A DNA stretch of 37,141 bases from Octopus bimaculoides (lineage: Eukaryota). The notes below the pieces were generated by a model. It worked only from the letters and a program-made list of their open reading frames with translations, had not been told where the DNA came from and searched no databases. Both the position numbers and the translations under genes were made by a program. This document shows, piece by piece, positions 23,220-34,750 of this stretch. The stretch spans positions 80,211,807-80,248,947 of the forward strand of contig NC_068981.1 in NCBI RefSeq assembly GCF_001194135.2, in the 5' to 3' direction. Position 1 is the stretch's first letter. The number at the start of each line of letters is the position of its first letter.

Positions 23220-23765
23220 AGGTTTATGCCCATGCGGTCGCTTATGCACTTGAATTTTTAAAAAATCGATTTTTAATCAGCATCGATTTTTCAAAAATCG
23301 TAAAATTTCAGCATTTTTCGCACTAGCCATCATGACATCAATTTGACGAAAAATGCCGAAATTTGATGAAAAATGTTTCATGGGTATAAACAGACAGCTT
23401 ATTAACGGTAATCTATTTAGCATTTGCTAATTCTTCATTTCAATGCAAATTGTTTTGATTTGCTAAAACTTATTATTTCAATTCATTGTTTTAATTTCAC
23501 AGTGTTTCAGGTTTTGATTAGGTAAGAGCATTTTATTTCTCAAGCAAAATTTAGGCATTTTGCACACAAGCCGTCATGACATCAATTTGATGAAACGTGC
23601 TCCAAAGTGTAAAACTTTCACCATTTTATGCACGTGCATAAAAATGACGACAACACAGTTTCGCTACCAGACTCTGCTCATTTTTTCGTCAAATTGGTCC
23701 TACCCATTAATATAGATTTAATACTTTTGAAAATGTTTCATGGCTATAAACAAACATCGTATTAA
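23220..23765. repeat. Unclassified CpG-retaining repeat with internal direct and inverted motifs
   Basis: TCATGACATCAATTTGA at 23330 and 23574. AAAATGTTTCATGG.TATAAACA.ACA...TATTAAC at ~23370 and ~23730. Inverted TTTTTCGTCAAATTG near 23683. Confidence 0.5.
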
Positions 23766-23769
23766 CCAG

Positions 23770-24522
23770 GTACTTCAGCTAGTTTATTCAATAAAATCAC
23801 CATTGGCTTCAACCACGGCCTCCAGACGACTTTGGAATCTCCTGCAACTCTTCTGGATGGTCTCCTTGTTTAAGTTGGTGAATGCTGCCATAATCTTTGC
23901 CTTCAGTTCATCTTTGGTGTTACAAGGAGTTTTGTTGGTATCTCGCTCAACATAATAATCAAGAGGGTTGCAGTCTGAGGAGTTAGGTGGCCAGATGTTA
24001 GGGGTGATGTGGTCGCAGAAATTGTCTGACTGCCATGACTGGGTACTCCTGCTTGTGTGGCATGATGCATAGTCCTGTTGTCTGACATAGGGTCTTCCAA
24101 CAGCCAACTTCTTGACCCAGAGCAACACTACCTCCTCCAGGTACTTGATGTAGGCCTCCATGTTGAGTCTGAGGCTGTGTGGGAAGATGAATAGAGGCAT
24201 AACGTCACCATCACTAGTGATCACTCCAAACACCATGATGTTTGATTTTTATCACTCTTGGTACATGTTTTGGGAGCATGGCAAACATTCAGATTGACAC
24301 CCAAACACTCTGAAATGTTTGTAATCGAGCTTCCGGCACGAATGCCAAGCAGTACAATATGTCATTTCCAAATTTCTGGCAGAGTGAATTGCTTCATGGT
24401 GCTGTTTTTCTCACAGTCACTGCTCAACTGACCCTACTATCCTGTGTAGTCAACAAAATCAAACACAAACGATGCACATATGCAGAATTAGAAATATAAA
24501 ATGGCAACAATTTACCCATCAC

Positions 24523-24528
<6 letters not shown>
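23770..24528 (-). mobile_element. Tc1/mariner superfamily remnant, DD37D (maT/Bmmar1-like), internally deleted
   Basis: ORF 24236-23784 reads MVFGVITSDG...QQDYASCH...WPPNSSDCNPLDYY, with 37 residues between the last two Asp. An N-terminal stub MKQFTLPEIWK starts at 24397. One TIR-like end (...GGCAACAATTTACCCATCACACCCT) abuts a (TA)n tract; the other end is not seen. Confidence 0.88.

Positions 24529-24569
<41 letters not shown>
24528..24569. repeat. (TA)n tract at the transposon end
   Basis: Directly visible; plausibly the TA target of the maT element. Confidence 0.9.
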
Positions 24570-24571
<2 letters not shown>

Positions 24572-24917
24572 AGAGAGAGACAGACAGAGATCAAGGAGAC
24601 CTGTATATTTCAAGAGAGCAATTTTAACTAACAACTTGACTTATGTTAGAAATCTCTGCAAGAAGGTTTACTCTTTTTTTACAACCTTTGATATGTTGTT
24701 CATATGCTTGCGCATATATTTGTGCGTCTATAATGTTTCTTTTTCTTTATGTATGAAAATTGTTTGGAGTTGATAGAATGTTTTTGAACATTTCATAAAC
24801 AACTTAAAAACCATCTTAACAACTTTCTTATCAGTTTCTCTTTTTTTTTTTTTCAACTGAAGTATTTTCTCTTGCACTCTATTATTGTTGTCACCATCAT
24901 CACCACCACCACTGCTG

Positions 24918-25145
24918 TCACCATCATTGTCAAGTGGCTTGCTGACAGAATCATTACTGTGCTGGGCAAAATGCTTAACTGTATTTTGTCTGTCTTTACA
25001 TTCTGAGTTCAAATTCTGCCATAGTTGACTTTGCCTTTCATCTTTTTGAGACCATTAAAATAAGTACCAGTTGAACACTGGTGTCGATGTAATCAACTTA
25101 CCCCCACTCCAAAATTGTTGGCCTTGTGCCAAAATCTGAACCTGT
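24918..25145 (+). mobile_element. Short SINE family (TTCTGAGTTCAAATTCTGCC...CTTTGCCTTTCATC...AATAAGTACCAG)
   Basis: B-box-like GAGTTCAAAT. Related decayed copies at ~1925-2095 (-), 21185-21245 (-), 27965-28020 (-), 30985-31100 (+) and 34800-34910 (-). Confidence 0.65.
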
Positions 25146-25199
25146 TATCATTGATGACGTTCTTGGAGAAACTCTAGGCATTGACAAGGATGAATGAGC

Positions 25200-25870
25200 T
25201 GGTTTATTTTTGAGGACTTTCTGGCCTGATACAACTATGGATAGCTTTCAGAAATCCCTGGACTCATAGTGCTACCAGGCACGGACAGACTAGGGATTTC
25301 TGGAAGTTATCCAGTCAGAAGAGCTGTGAGGCAGAACTGTTTGAGATGCATGCAGAGCGCCTAAACTGTTTTGCATGCACTTGTGCAATGTCTGAGTATT
25401 GTTGACTTGTGGAGTTCTGTTGAACAGCTGTTATCACATGTGGGACAAATTCAACTATTAGCCAAATCTATCATGCACCTCAACCCACTACTCACCTTTA
25501 ACAATGCTGGGCAGGCAGTGTTCTTCTGTCTAGTGGCTATGGCAAAAGAGGTTGTGTGGTGGACGAGGCTGAAAGGATTGGGGAAAGACACTCTCCTCTT
25601 TGGTCAAGTTCTCATTAACTTTAAGTTTCACTTGGGAAGGAAAGTGAGGGTGGAGGGGAAAATGGTACCTTTGAGTGAATTTCTGAAAAGATGGGTGTTT
25701 CTGGCAAAAATGGTTAGGGGGAATGGTCCTACTTTAAGTATGCACCTGTAGACTGGTGAGCAGGAAATAGGGCAAGTACCTTTGGTGGTCAGGGTAATCC
25801 TGGATCTGTGAGGTTCCTTGATTGGCCCTAGTTGGAGTTTCTCCTGTATCAGAACTGCATCGTTCATATT
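25200..25870 (-). pseudogene. Possible decayed LINE endonuclease (APE) region
   Basis: Coding-like composition and weak motifs (DAVLIQEK resembling ..LQET); many stops. No unambiguous GDFN or SDH motif. Confidence 0.3.
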
Positions 25871-26220
25871 ATCACATACATTCTATACTGTGTATACTTT
25901 TATTGCATTTCACTGTCTTTTCCATTTCTTTCTCCCCGTCCTTTATATAAATCCCTACACAAATTGTGGTCTGCTCTTTTGATGTCCCCCTCATCTGTGC
26001 CCCTGTGGCTAATAAAAGAAACCATTGTTACCATCATCATCATCAACTTGATTTTAAGCAAAAATTTCACTGAAAAGCATGCTTTATCAGGTTTCAAGAA
26101 ACAAGCTATGTTTAATGAAGAAAGTTGATTACAATAAGCTGTAAATACTGAGCAACTGTCTTATTTCAGTAATGGTATAATGTAACAGAGTAAGTTATGG
26201 GAATGTTTTTTTATTTATTT

Positions 26221-26321
<101 letters not shown>

Positions 26322-28249
26322 TGTGTTATTGTTGAAGGTTGTACATACTACTATATAGTATTTTCTTCTACAAATCTCAGGGATGACTTTTCCTCTTCTT
26401 TATTTTCATTTTATTTTTATATATTTTAAACTTTGAATAACTGCAAAATATATAACTCACTAGTGAACAGCAGTATCTAGTTGTAAATAAATAGGTAAAA
26501 TAGATAAATAAATCCTTACTCAAGTATATGTTAATGAAAAATGTAGAGGCTGTTGTATGAAGAACTTCTGTCAGTGATATTTCATTGGAGGTTGTTCTAT
26601 ACTTCTCTGGCAAGGACACATTTTTATATCATAAATTCTGCAACCAGTGGTACATTCCACCAGACAAGGGCATTTTTTTTTTAGTCCTCTCCCCTGCTGT
26701 TCCTTACAATTGCTACCATAACTAACATTGCTAAGAAGGATAATCATCTCTATTTCCCCCTTCCTTTTGAAGAATTACGCAGTTTCATTGCAAACATACT
26801 GTATACATTTCTATCATAGTTTTTATTATGTGTTAGTTATGAATGTGATGCTAACTTTACGTAACTGGTTCTGTCCCCATACATATATATTTGTGTGTGT
26901 TTCTTTTAAAAGCTTTTTAGTTGATGAGGCATAAACTAGTATTGAAGGAAAGGGTATAGTGTTGTTTCTTTATTTCATGACCTCTTCAGCTCTGATTTGG
27001 TAACTTCTAAACTAAAAATTAATGAAATTTCTTGCACATACAATTTGTATTATTTTAAATGGGCTTTTCATGCAAAATGTTATTTCTTTTCTTTTCGTCA
27101 TTTGGAACTATGGAACTCTTTTATAGATTGAGTTAAGGTTGTTCATTGACTTTATCTAATTTCATCATTCTGGTTAATTAAAAAACTTCAAACTATGCTT
27201 GGCTGAATTATATATAGATGTGTGTGTGTGTGTGTGTATACATACATACATATATTTATGTATATTCTCATAGCTCAGTAATCTTTTTATTTTTTTTTGT
27301 TTTGCATCAACTTTAAAGTTCAAAGTTTAAGATATAAATCCATTTTATAAAACCATCAACTTTCAGGTAGGTGTTTGCAACCATGAAGAGAGTTAAGTGA
27401 AACCTTATAAAATAAGTTGATATATTATAAATCTATGACAACTGACTCTCTTACCTTTCTGGAGGAGAAAATTTTTTTCTTTTTTTTGCTTTCTTTTGCT
27501 AGTTTTGGTATTAACAGGATGATGTAATCATAAAAAACTGTGCTTATTGTATGAGATTTTGAGATTTTAAGAACTAATTTTGGGTTCCTGATGTGGTGTC
27601 ATTTATTATTTCTTCTAATCTGTTTTTCTGGTAACATACTTATTCCACATGAATTTTTTTCTAAATTTATCATTATTCTCCAGGATGTAGAGAATCCATG
27701 AATCTCATACCCTTTTCCTTTTAATGTCATATAAATTAAAGACACTTCTTGACACAGTTAGTGGGATTGAACCTGCTTGGAAAGCAAACCTCTTAATCAC
27801 ACAGCTAATGCTGCACCTTCAAACCATATCTGCACTTGCCACACCTGCACCTAATGATGATTTGAAATTAATTATTTATTTCATTGACTAGGCATATCTA
27901 ATTTTGTCAGAAAGAGATATAAATGATTGAAATTTATTACAATATATTATTGATATTTCATTCATCTGGAAAATGAGGGTCTGAAATTTGAACTCAGAAC
28001 AGTGAACTATCAAACTAGTCTCAGTACTGAACTGATCTAAATAATCCTTGAGATAAACAATATAGTGAATAACTTAAATAAACTTAATGTTCTGTATTTT
28101 CATGTTTTCCCCTCCTTGCCCACCTCTCTCTCTCTCTCTCTCTCTCTGTTTCTGACTTTCTTTTACAGTTGTTATAAAATACTTAATAATTTTTTTTTAA
28201 ATAATAACCATTTTAAAAATTATTTTTTTGTTTTGTTTCTTTCACACAG

Positions 28250-28581
28250 ACTGCCAAATTGCTATGGTTCATCTAATGATAATGTCAATGACACTACTGA
28301 TAACTGCTGTTGCTATTGCTACAAGTTCTTCCACAACTACTGATCTCCAAGAAACTTCAGAATTATCATCCTGTGCTCAGCCTTTGCAGAAACATCTATA
28401 AATATGAACTGGTCTTTTCACTTTCATCACCTGAGGTGTTGCCAGTGCTGCTAACTCAGGTGGACTAATGCAGGCTACAAATAGGTCCTGCTAGCCAATG
28501 GTAGCAAACCATGTCTGTGCTCCGCAATGTTTTTGGAGGATGTGTTTCTAATAAGAGCACAGAGAATATAAAAACTGAAAA
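28250..28581 (+). other. Candidate spliced exon antisense to NPL4 (5' UTR/first coding exon or lncRNA)
   Basis: Long pyrimidine tract with ttcacacAG at 28248-49 and a consensus donor AA|GTAAGT at 28582. Non-repetitive and more GC-balanced than its flanks. No homology recognised. Confidence 0.35.
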
Positions 28582-28824
28582 GTAAGTATTCTTCTTTCGT
28601 ATCCATGAATTCACACTTTTAGCACACCGGAATATCACCTGGCAATTTATATAGATACCTCTGCTAGATAGTTGACGTTAGGAAGGACATCCAGCTGTAA
28701 AAACAGTGCTGAAACAGACACAGAAGTCTGGTGCAGGCTTCTGCCTGGCCAGCTCCTGTCAACCCGTTCAACCCATGCCAGCATGGAAGGCAGGCGTTAA
28801 ACAATGATGAGGATGATGATGACC

Positions 28825-29047
28825 TAAAACTTTAGCATTCAAACCAGCCATATTTGACCAAAATATCTTAATTGTTTTATGTTCAAACCAGCCAAGTCTA
28901 GCCTCTCACATCTACCCTGCAATGTCATTCTAAACATAAACAACTACATCATTGAAATTTTGAAGCTATGAGATAATGTGTGGTTGATTCAAAATAATTT
29001 GAATAAATAAGCATTGCAATTGACAGAGTAATGTGAATGCTGAAGGG
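28825..29047. mobile_element. piggyBac-type MITE, second copy, left end decayed
   Basis: Collinear with 31897-32116 (AAACCAGCCATAT, CTACCCTGCAATGTCATTCTAAA, TGAAGCTATGAGATAATG, GGGTTAA). Confidence 0.7.
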
Positions 29048-29555
29048 TTAAATTTTTACAAACCTTTTTTTTTTCATCAATATGTTGGTTCATTTATATT
29101 TTTACTATAAATATGTGTGTATGGACACAGGGGTGGCAGAATGATTAAAAAGTTAGTTTCTCAACAATTACAATATTCCAAGTTCCATCAAGCTGTGCAA
29201 CACTTTAGGTCGTTGTTTGTGTTTTGGGTTTGTTTGTTTGTTTTTTTTACTATAGCTTTGAGTGAAACTCAGCCAATGGAAACTGCTTGAAATCCTTCTA
29301 TGTTAGCTGTATTTGAGGATTACATTAAGTATAATTCAATGAGGTATGGAATTCATTTGACTGAAAAACTGGAACAAGATTGAGACAAGACCCATCACTC
29401 ACATATTTTTTGTTGTTGCTGTTGAATGTATTTGCCAGCTCTGGTCATCCAGTTTACTTTCATTCATAATCTACCTCAAACTACACAACCCAGTGTGTTC
29501 TTTTGTAATTAAGATGTTATGGTATGTGATTTAAGAGATATAGGTACTATATTTT

Positions 29556-29897
29556 GTGGCACATGGCTCGGTGGTTAGAGCATCGGGCTCGTAATCATAT
29601 GGTAGTGAGTTCGATTTCCAGAGTGGGCTGTGTGTTGTGTTCTTGAGCAAGACACTTTATTTCATATTGCTCCAGTTCACTCACCTGTAGAAATGAGTTA
29701 GTGTCACTGGTGCCAAGCTGTATCAGCTTTTCCCTTTCCCTTGGATAACATTGGTGGCATGGAGAGTGGAGGCTGGTATGCATAGGCAGCTGTAGGTCTT
29801 CCATAAACAAACTTGCCTGGACTTGTGCCTCAGAGGTTAACTTTCTAGGTGCAATCCCATGGTCATTCATGATTGAAGGGGGTCTTTACCCTTTACC
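29556..29897 (+). mobile_element. tRNA-derived CORE-like SINE with a different tail
   Basis: A-box TGGCTCGGTGG, B-box GAGTTCGATTTCC, central TTGAGCAAGACACTTTATTTCA...CAGTTCACTCACCTG, ends in TTTACCC repeats. Confidence 0.8.
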
Positions 29898-31896
29898 CTA
29901 TTCTACTGGTTAAGCAACTGTGTAAATGCTTCCTTGTCTCATACACATTATTTGAGAAAAAGAACTGATATGTATTGCATGTACAGGAGTGTATCTGTGA
30001 TTAGAGAAGGCATTTGGAGGAGTGATGTATGTGATTTGTTGGGGTGTAAGTGTACGAGTATTGAAGTTTATAGTGGTTTTAAGTTAACGGGTGTGTGGTG
30101 CTGGTGCATGTGTGTAATCATTAAGGTATATGAGGAAGGCATGGATGTGTGGATGTGGAAGCAGGCACAAGTGTGAGGTAAAAAGGAAGGCAAGAGGAAT
30201 ATGGAGGGTATGATAGAAGTGCATGCAAGGGTACAAATTTGAGATGCTGTTAACATGGAAGGAGTTATGAACAAATGAAGTGAGAGAGAGAAATGGTAAG
30301 AGTTCAGGGACAGAAGAGAAGTTACACAAAAATGAATTAGAAAACAAAATACTGGTGAAAACATACAAGCAGTTTGTATGTTCATGCATGTGTTTGTTGA
30401 CTTATGTCTGAATATTTGAGGGTGTGTACACACATAAACACAAACAAACAAACAAAAATTACTATCATATACTGAATGAACTACTTCATTGGTAACTGTA
30501 GTTCACTGATACCAGTTCTATCTGGCTTTAACTTGGCCAGTTTTCAAAGGATAATATTGAATAGTTTATCTATCTGTTGAAAGGGTAGTAGTACAGTTGA
30601 CACTGATTGAATAGACATCATAGATCATTGTTAGGTCCAGATCAGTTGGTTATAAAATAATAATAGTATTTTTTTGCCTCCATCACTCACAGACATGAAA
30701 TAAATAAAGCATGTATGGATTATATTAAATTTATACTTTGCATATCTACTAGAAACCCAGCCTTGCTCTGATTTAGTACCATCATTGCTTATACCTAATT
30801 CTGGCTGTGGCTACAAACAATATTTTGGAAAGATTTTTTGAAATAGCTACATGTCAGAAAATTATAAATAAAGCTTTGATATCTGAAATATAGAAGTTTT
30901 ATGGATAGTTTTTATGTTTAACATTAAATAGCAATAGAAAGACAGAAGTGGTGGTGTCCTAGATTAAATGACATGCAATATTTACTTATGTCTCCTTTGA
31001 GTTGAAACCCTGCTTGTGTTTCATCTCTCTGGGCTTGTAAAATAATATACTGGAGTTGATTCAATCAACTATATCCCTTTTCTGCCAGTGTGGGAAATGA
31101 ATATTTAATACGGCAGAGTGTATTATAATACTATTAATAATATCAATTCTTGTTTGAATATTAAATTATGACACATTAGACACAGCAGGTGATATAGCAT
31201 ATCCATCCTATACATATGGAGTAGAGATTTTTGACAGCTGTTAAAATACTGGTTACTAAAAGCTGAATAAATGTGAAACAGCTTTGTGAATATGTGTTGC
31301 ATCTCAGCTCATATGTATTGAGTTAAAATGTACTGTAGGCAGTGGTATAGCAAGGGTTCTCAGCATTGGTGGGAGTGGGGGGCTAAGACACCTTTGGCAC
31401 CACCACCCCACTTTAATTAACAGGCATAATAGGCCAGAGGAAATTTTGTACTCCTTCACATCTGTATCAGGGAAAGGGATGCCCCTGCTCCCCCTCTTGT
31501 TACAGCTCTAACTATGTGTCCTGTTGTGTATTTGGGACGGACACTTAATTCCATGTAGTTAAATCACCTTGTCTTTGAGAATAGAGGCTATGTTATCTCT
31601 GATAGATTCCAGGAGGAAATTTCTCTCTCATCTTTTTAGTATTGTTAAAGTAGATATGTGTACCTGTTTTTGTGAATACCCACTGATACTCTATATAGAG
31701 TACCTACTGGACTCTATATAAAGACATTTACATTCATTTGTAATACTGACAATGATCAGTTTGTGAGGAAATATTAATTAATTTGGTAACTTTGGTAAAG
31801 CAATATTCCATGAAACAACACTACTTTTAGTCAGTTTATTAGTTTCCTGACCAAATATTCTCAAAAGCACTTGCTTGGTATTTAGTGATAATTTAA

Positions 31897-32116
31897 CCCA
31901 TTAGCATTTAAACCAGCCATATTAGGCCCAAATACGTTACCTGTTTCATGTTTAAACATGCTAGATTTGATCTCTTACACCTACCCTACAATGTCATTCT
32001 AAAAATGAGCAATCACATCATCAAAATCTTGAAGCTATGAGATAATGCATGATTAATTCAAAATTATGTGAATCAGTAACTATTAAATTTGACAGTGTAA
32101 TCTGGATGCTAAAGGG
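31897..32116. mobile_element. piggyBac-type MITE
   Basis: TTAA|CCCATTAGCAT ... ATGCTAAAGGG|TTAA termini. A second copy lies at ~28825-29047. Confidence 0.75.
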
Positions 32117-32215
32117 TTAAACACAACTTGTTTTCATTTTTGTTTGGGATTCTTATCTAGGTTGATAATCATGCAAAAATATTTTTGTGATAAGACATTG
32201 TTTTACTTCCATTAA

Positions 32216-32224
<9 letters not shown>

Positions 32225-32247
<23 letters not shown>

Positions 32248-32650
32248 CCACCACCACCACCACCACCACCATTCAATGTCCATTTTCCATTCTTGCATGG
32301 GTCAGATGGGATTTGTTGAGGTAGTTTTCTATGGCTGGATGCCCTTCCTGTTGCCAGCCTCTTTACCTGCTTCCAAGCAAGGTAATATTTCCCTATGACC
32401 AGACATGTTTTTCATGGTAAACTGGAATTGAACAACAATATTTACAGCCACCACATAATGTCAAGACATGGGTACATGCACACACACACACACACTAGGT
32501 TTCTTTCAGTCTCTGATCCAAATCTACATACAAGCCTCTGGTCAGCCCAAGGTTTTAAGTAGAAAACACTTGTCCAAAGTATTGCAAGGTGCTGCAAAAC
32601 CCAACACTCCATGGTTGAGAAACAAGCATCTCCTCCACACAGCTATGCTT
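32225..32650 (-). mobile_element. SINE with RTE-type 3' tail
   Basis: Same head class as 3712. The 3' end on the minus strand is AGGAAGGGCATCCAGCCATAGAAA...ATGGAAAATGGACATTGAATG, then (GGT/GAT)n, matching the RTE tail. Confidence 0.65.
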
Positions 32651-33344
32651 GCGCCTGAAAAAGTTTCATCCTGCTCATGTTTTAAATTTCTGCTTCCGTT
32701 TTCACATATTCATTTCTTTTTAGTAATGCCATCTATTTTCACAAAATCTTCTCAAACACTTGTACATCTGAAAAATACTTGTATCTGAAGTGAGTCAACA
32801 ACCACCAAGCTAATCGAAGTTATGACTTTTGATCTTATGAATTTATTTCACTATTTATTTTCATCTTTCTTATATATTTTAGAATCTATTTCAATAATTT
32901 TTGTTTTTGTTTCCATCTTTCATGGAAATATTTTTAAGAAAATGGAGGGAGGTAGGTGACTACTTGTACATCAGTTGTTGAGGAAGCTTTGACTGCTATG
33001 GGTGACCACATACAGGCAGGATTTCTGGTGATGCAGGATTTCAGTTGAGACCATTCTGTCTTTTAGCTAGTGCAAGACATTCAGGACCACTTTATCCAGC
33101 ATGTCCTTTTCTAAGATGGTAGGGTTTGAATTGTAGGATATTTGGCTGCTATTTCTAGCAGGTTGAGTAAACATTAGAGGTACCTTCATTGGCTTATACA
33201 ATCTTTGTGATCGACAAACTGAAGTGAAAGAGTATGAGGTTGTATTTTGGTGGAAGTTGACATGTTCCAAAGACAAAATTGTTAAATATTGTGTGTAATT
33301 ACTAGTGTTAAATATAATTTACAACATAGGTGTTGGCATAGTCC

Positions 33345-33625
33345 ATAAGTGGAGGTGTGGTTGTGTAGTAAGAATTTTGCTTCCCAACCACATGGTTTTG
33401 GATTCAGTCCTGCTTCATGCCACTTTGGACAAGTGTCTTCTTCTATAGCCATGGGCCAACCAAAGCCTTGTGTGTGGGTTTGGTAGACAGAAACTGAAAG
33501 AAATCCATTGTATGTGGTGCATGTGTTACTCTCTCCTGTCTTGACACCACTTAATAATTGTAAACAAGTGTTACTATCCTTCATTTCCAATCTTCCATGT
33601 GGAAATATTACCTTACTTGAAAAAA
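33345..33625 (+). mobile_element. SINE, same subtype as 32225-32650, 3'-truncated
   Basis: Head GGTGTGGTTGTGTAGTAAGAA...CCCAACCACATGGTT; ends at AATATTACCTTACTTG, matching 32370-32390 reversed. Confidence 0.65.
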
Positions 33626-34029
33626 GTGGACACTAAAATGATGTTTATTATGATAATGATATTGATAATATAAGGATGGTTTTAGTTGTTAAATCAACAT
33701 CTGTGAGATGATCATGTTATTTTGTTAAAACTCTTAAGAATGTTGAACTACAATGAAGCAAAGATGAAACATGAATTAAGTCAGTTACAATGGTAACTGA
33801 ATCGAAGTCAAAGCAAAACAATGCTAATGGTCTAACACATCAATGTGGTGTTAGAATCAATGGATCTATAGCTATTAATCATAGTGAGGGTGAAAAGTTT
33901 TATGTTAAGAGATGAATTAAGAAAATGAAATATTTTATGAATGGAATAACAGAAAGAGTAATGCTTAAACACACTCACTGATACATGCACTCTTACAGAG
34001 CTTTTAACCATTGTTAGCCATGAGAGAAG

Positions 34030-34750
34030 ATAAATGATTTGTAAAATATATGTGACTGATCAATCCTACTAAGACTAAAATATGGCAGATCAGCAAATAT
34101 ATCCTTGGTAAAATAATCCCCTTACCTTTATCTCTATGGAACTGTGCAGTGGAAGTCATTAAATGGCTTAAAGCAATTCCCAATGAAAGCAGATGCAAAT
34201 TTTTCCAGTTCGGCATTTGTGATTATTATGCATTAATCACTCTACTCATATTGATTAATACAATCATTTATGCGAAATGAATCGCCACTATCACAGAGAA
34301 AGAAATTGAAATACAGACTTGAAAACCAGTTGTCAAATATGATAACATATGGATTACCAGAAAATCTAACAATCCTTTCAATGTTACCTGTCAGTACCCA
34401 GAACTCTACGGAAACTAGTGACCTCATTGTCTCTACATACTGCAAAAATGGAAGCCTGCTTTCCTGGAATCTTAGGCAATTTTTATTGAGACAAAGGGGC
34501 TTTAATTCTAAATACTGTCAAACTATGTACAACCAATGGATTTAGGGAGAGAAAAAACCCTCCACAGCTTCTCTAAGGCCACCATCTGTCAAAGTCAGCC
34601 ATACATTTGCACATGTATGCACAAACCTGGGCAAAATTCTTTGAGGAAGTTTGGCTGCTATTCATGCATGCAAGTCTTCTCTCTCTGCAACACTGAAGGA
34701 AAAAACTGCCAACCTGAGTCAATGCAGTTTGGCAACTGTGTTATTGCAGG
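34030..34750 (+). pseudogene. Penelope-like element reverse transcriptase remnant
   Basis: Frame-hopping translation gives INPTKTKIWQISKYILGKII, SLWNCAVEVIKWLKAIPNESRCKFFQFGICDYYALIT, PFNVT...STETSDLIVSTY and GNFY*DKG (a decayed YRDDG-like motif). These resemble PLE RT motifs as I remember them (INPAKSEIGKISK, QWKNT..VI.WF, FIQFDI.EFYPSI, FDVTMGS.DGAE.CELVG). Confidence 0.72.

Noticed and set aside
27445-27475. Minus-strand ctcctccAG-AAAG-GTaaga, a possible 4-nt micro-exon
   Set aside because: Cannot be distinguished from chance without RNA data and does not match the expected NPL4 upstream exon.
29930-30450. ORFs of 80-127 aa in a GT-rich region
   Set aside because: Low-complexity, decayed microsatellite-like sequence with open frames on both strands and no motifs.
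31340-31510. Possible decayed MITE (CAGTGGTATAGCAAGGG ... CCTCTTGTTACAGCTCT)
   Set aside because: TIR match is only about 11 of 16 and there is no clear TSD; not supportable.
31683-31720. 14-nt palindrome ACTCTATATAGAGT with a nearby repeat of ACTCTATATA
   Set aside because: Too short and AT-rich to exceed chance expectation in 37 kb.
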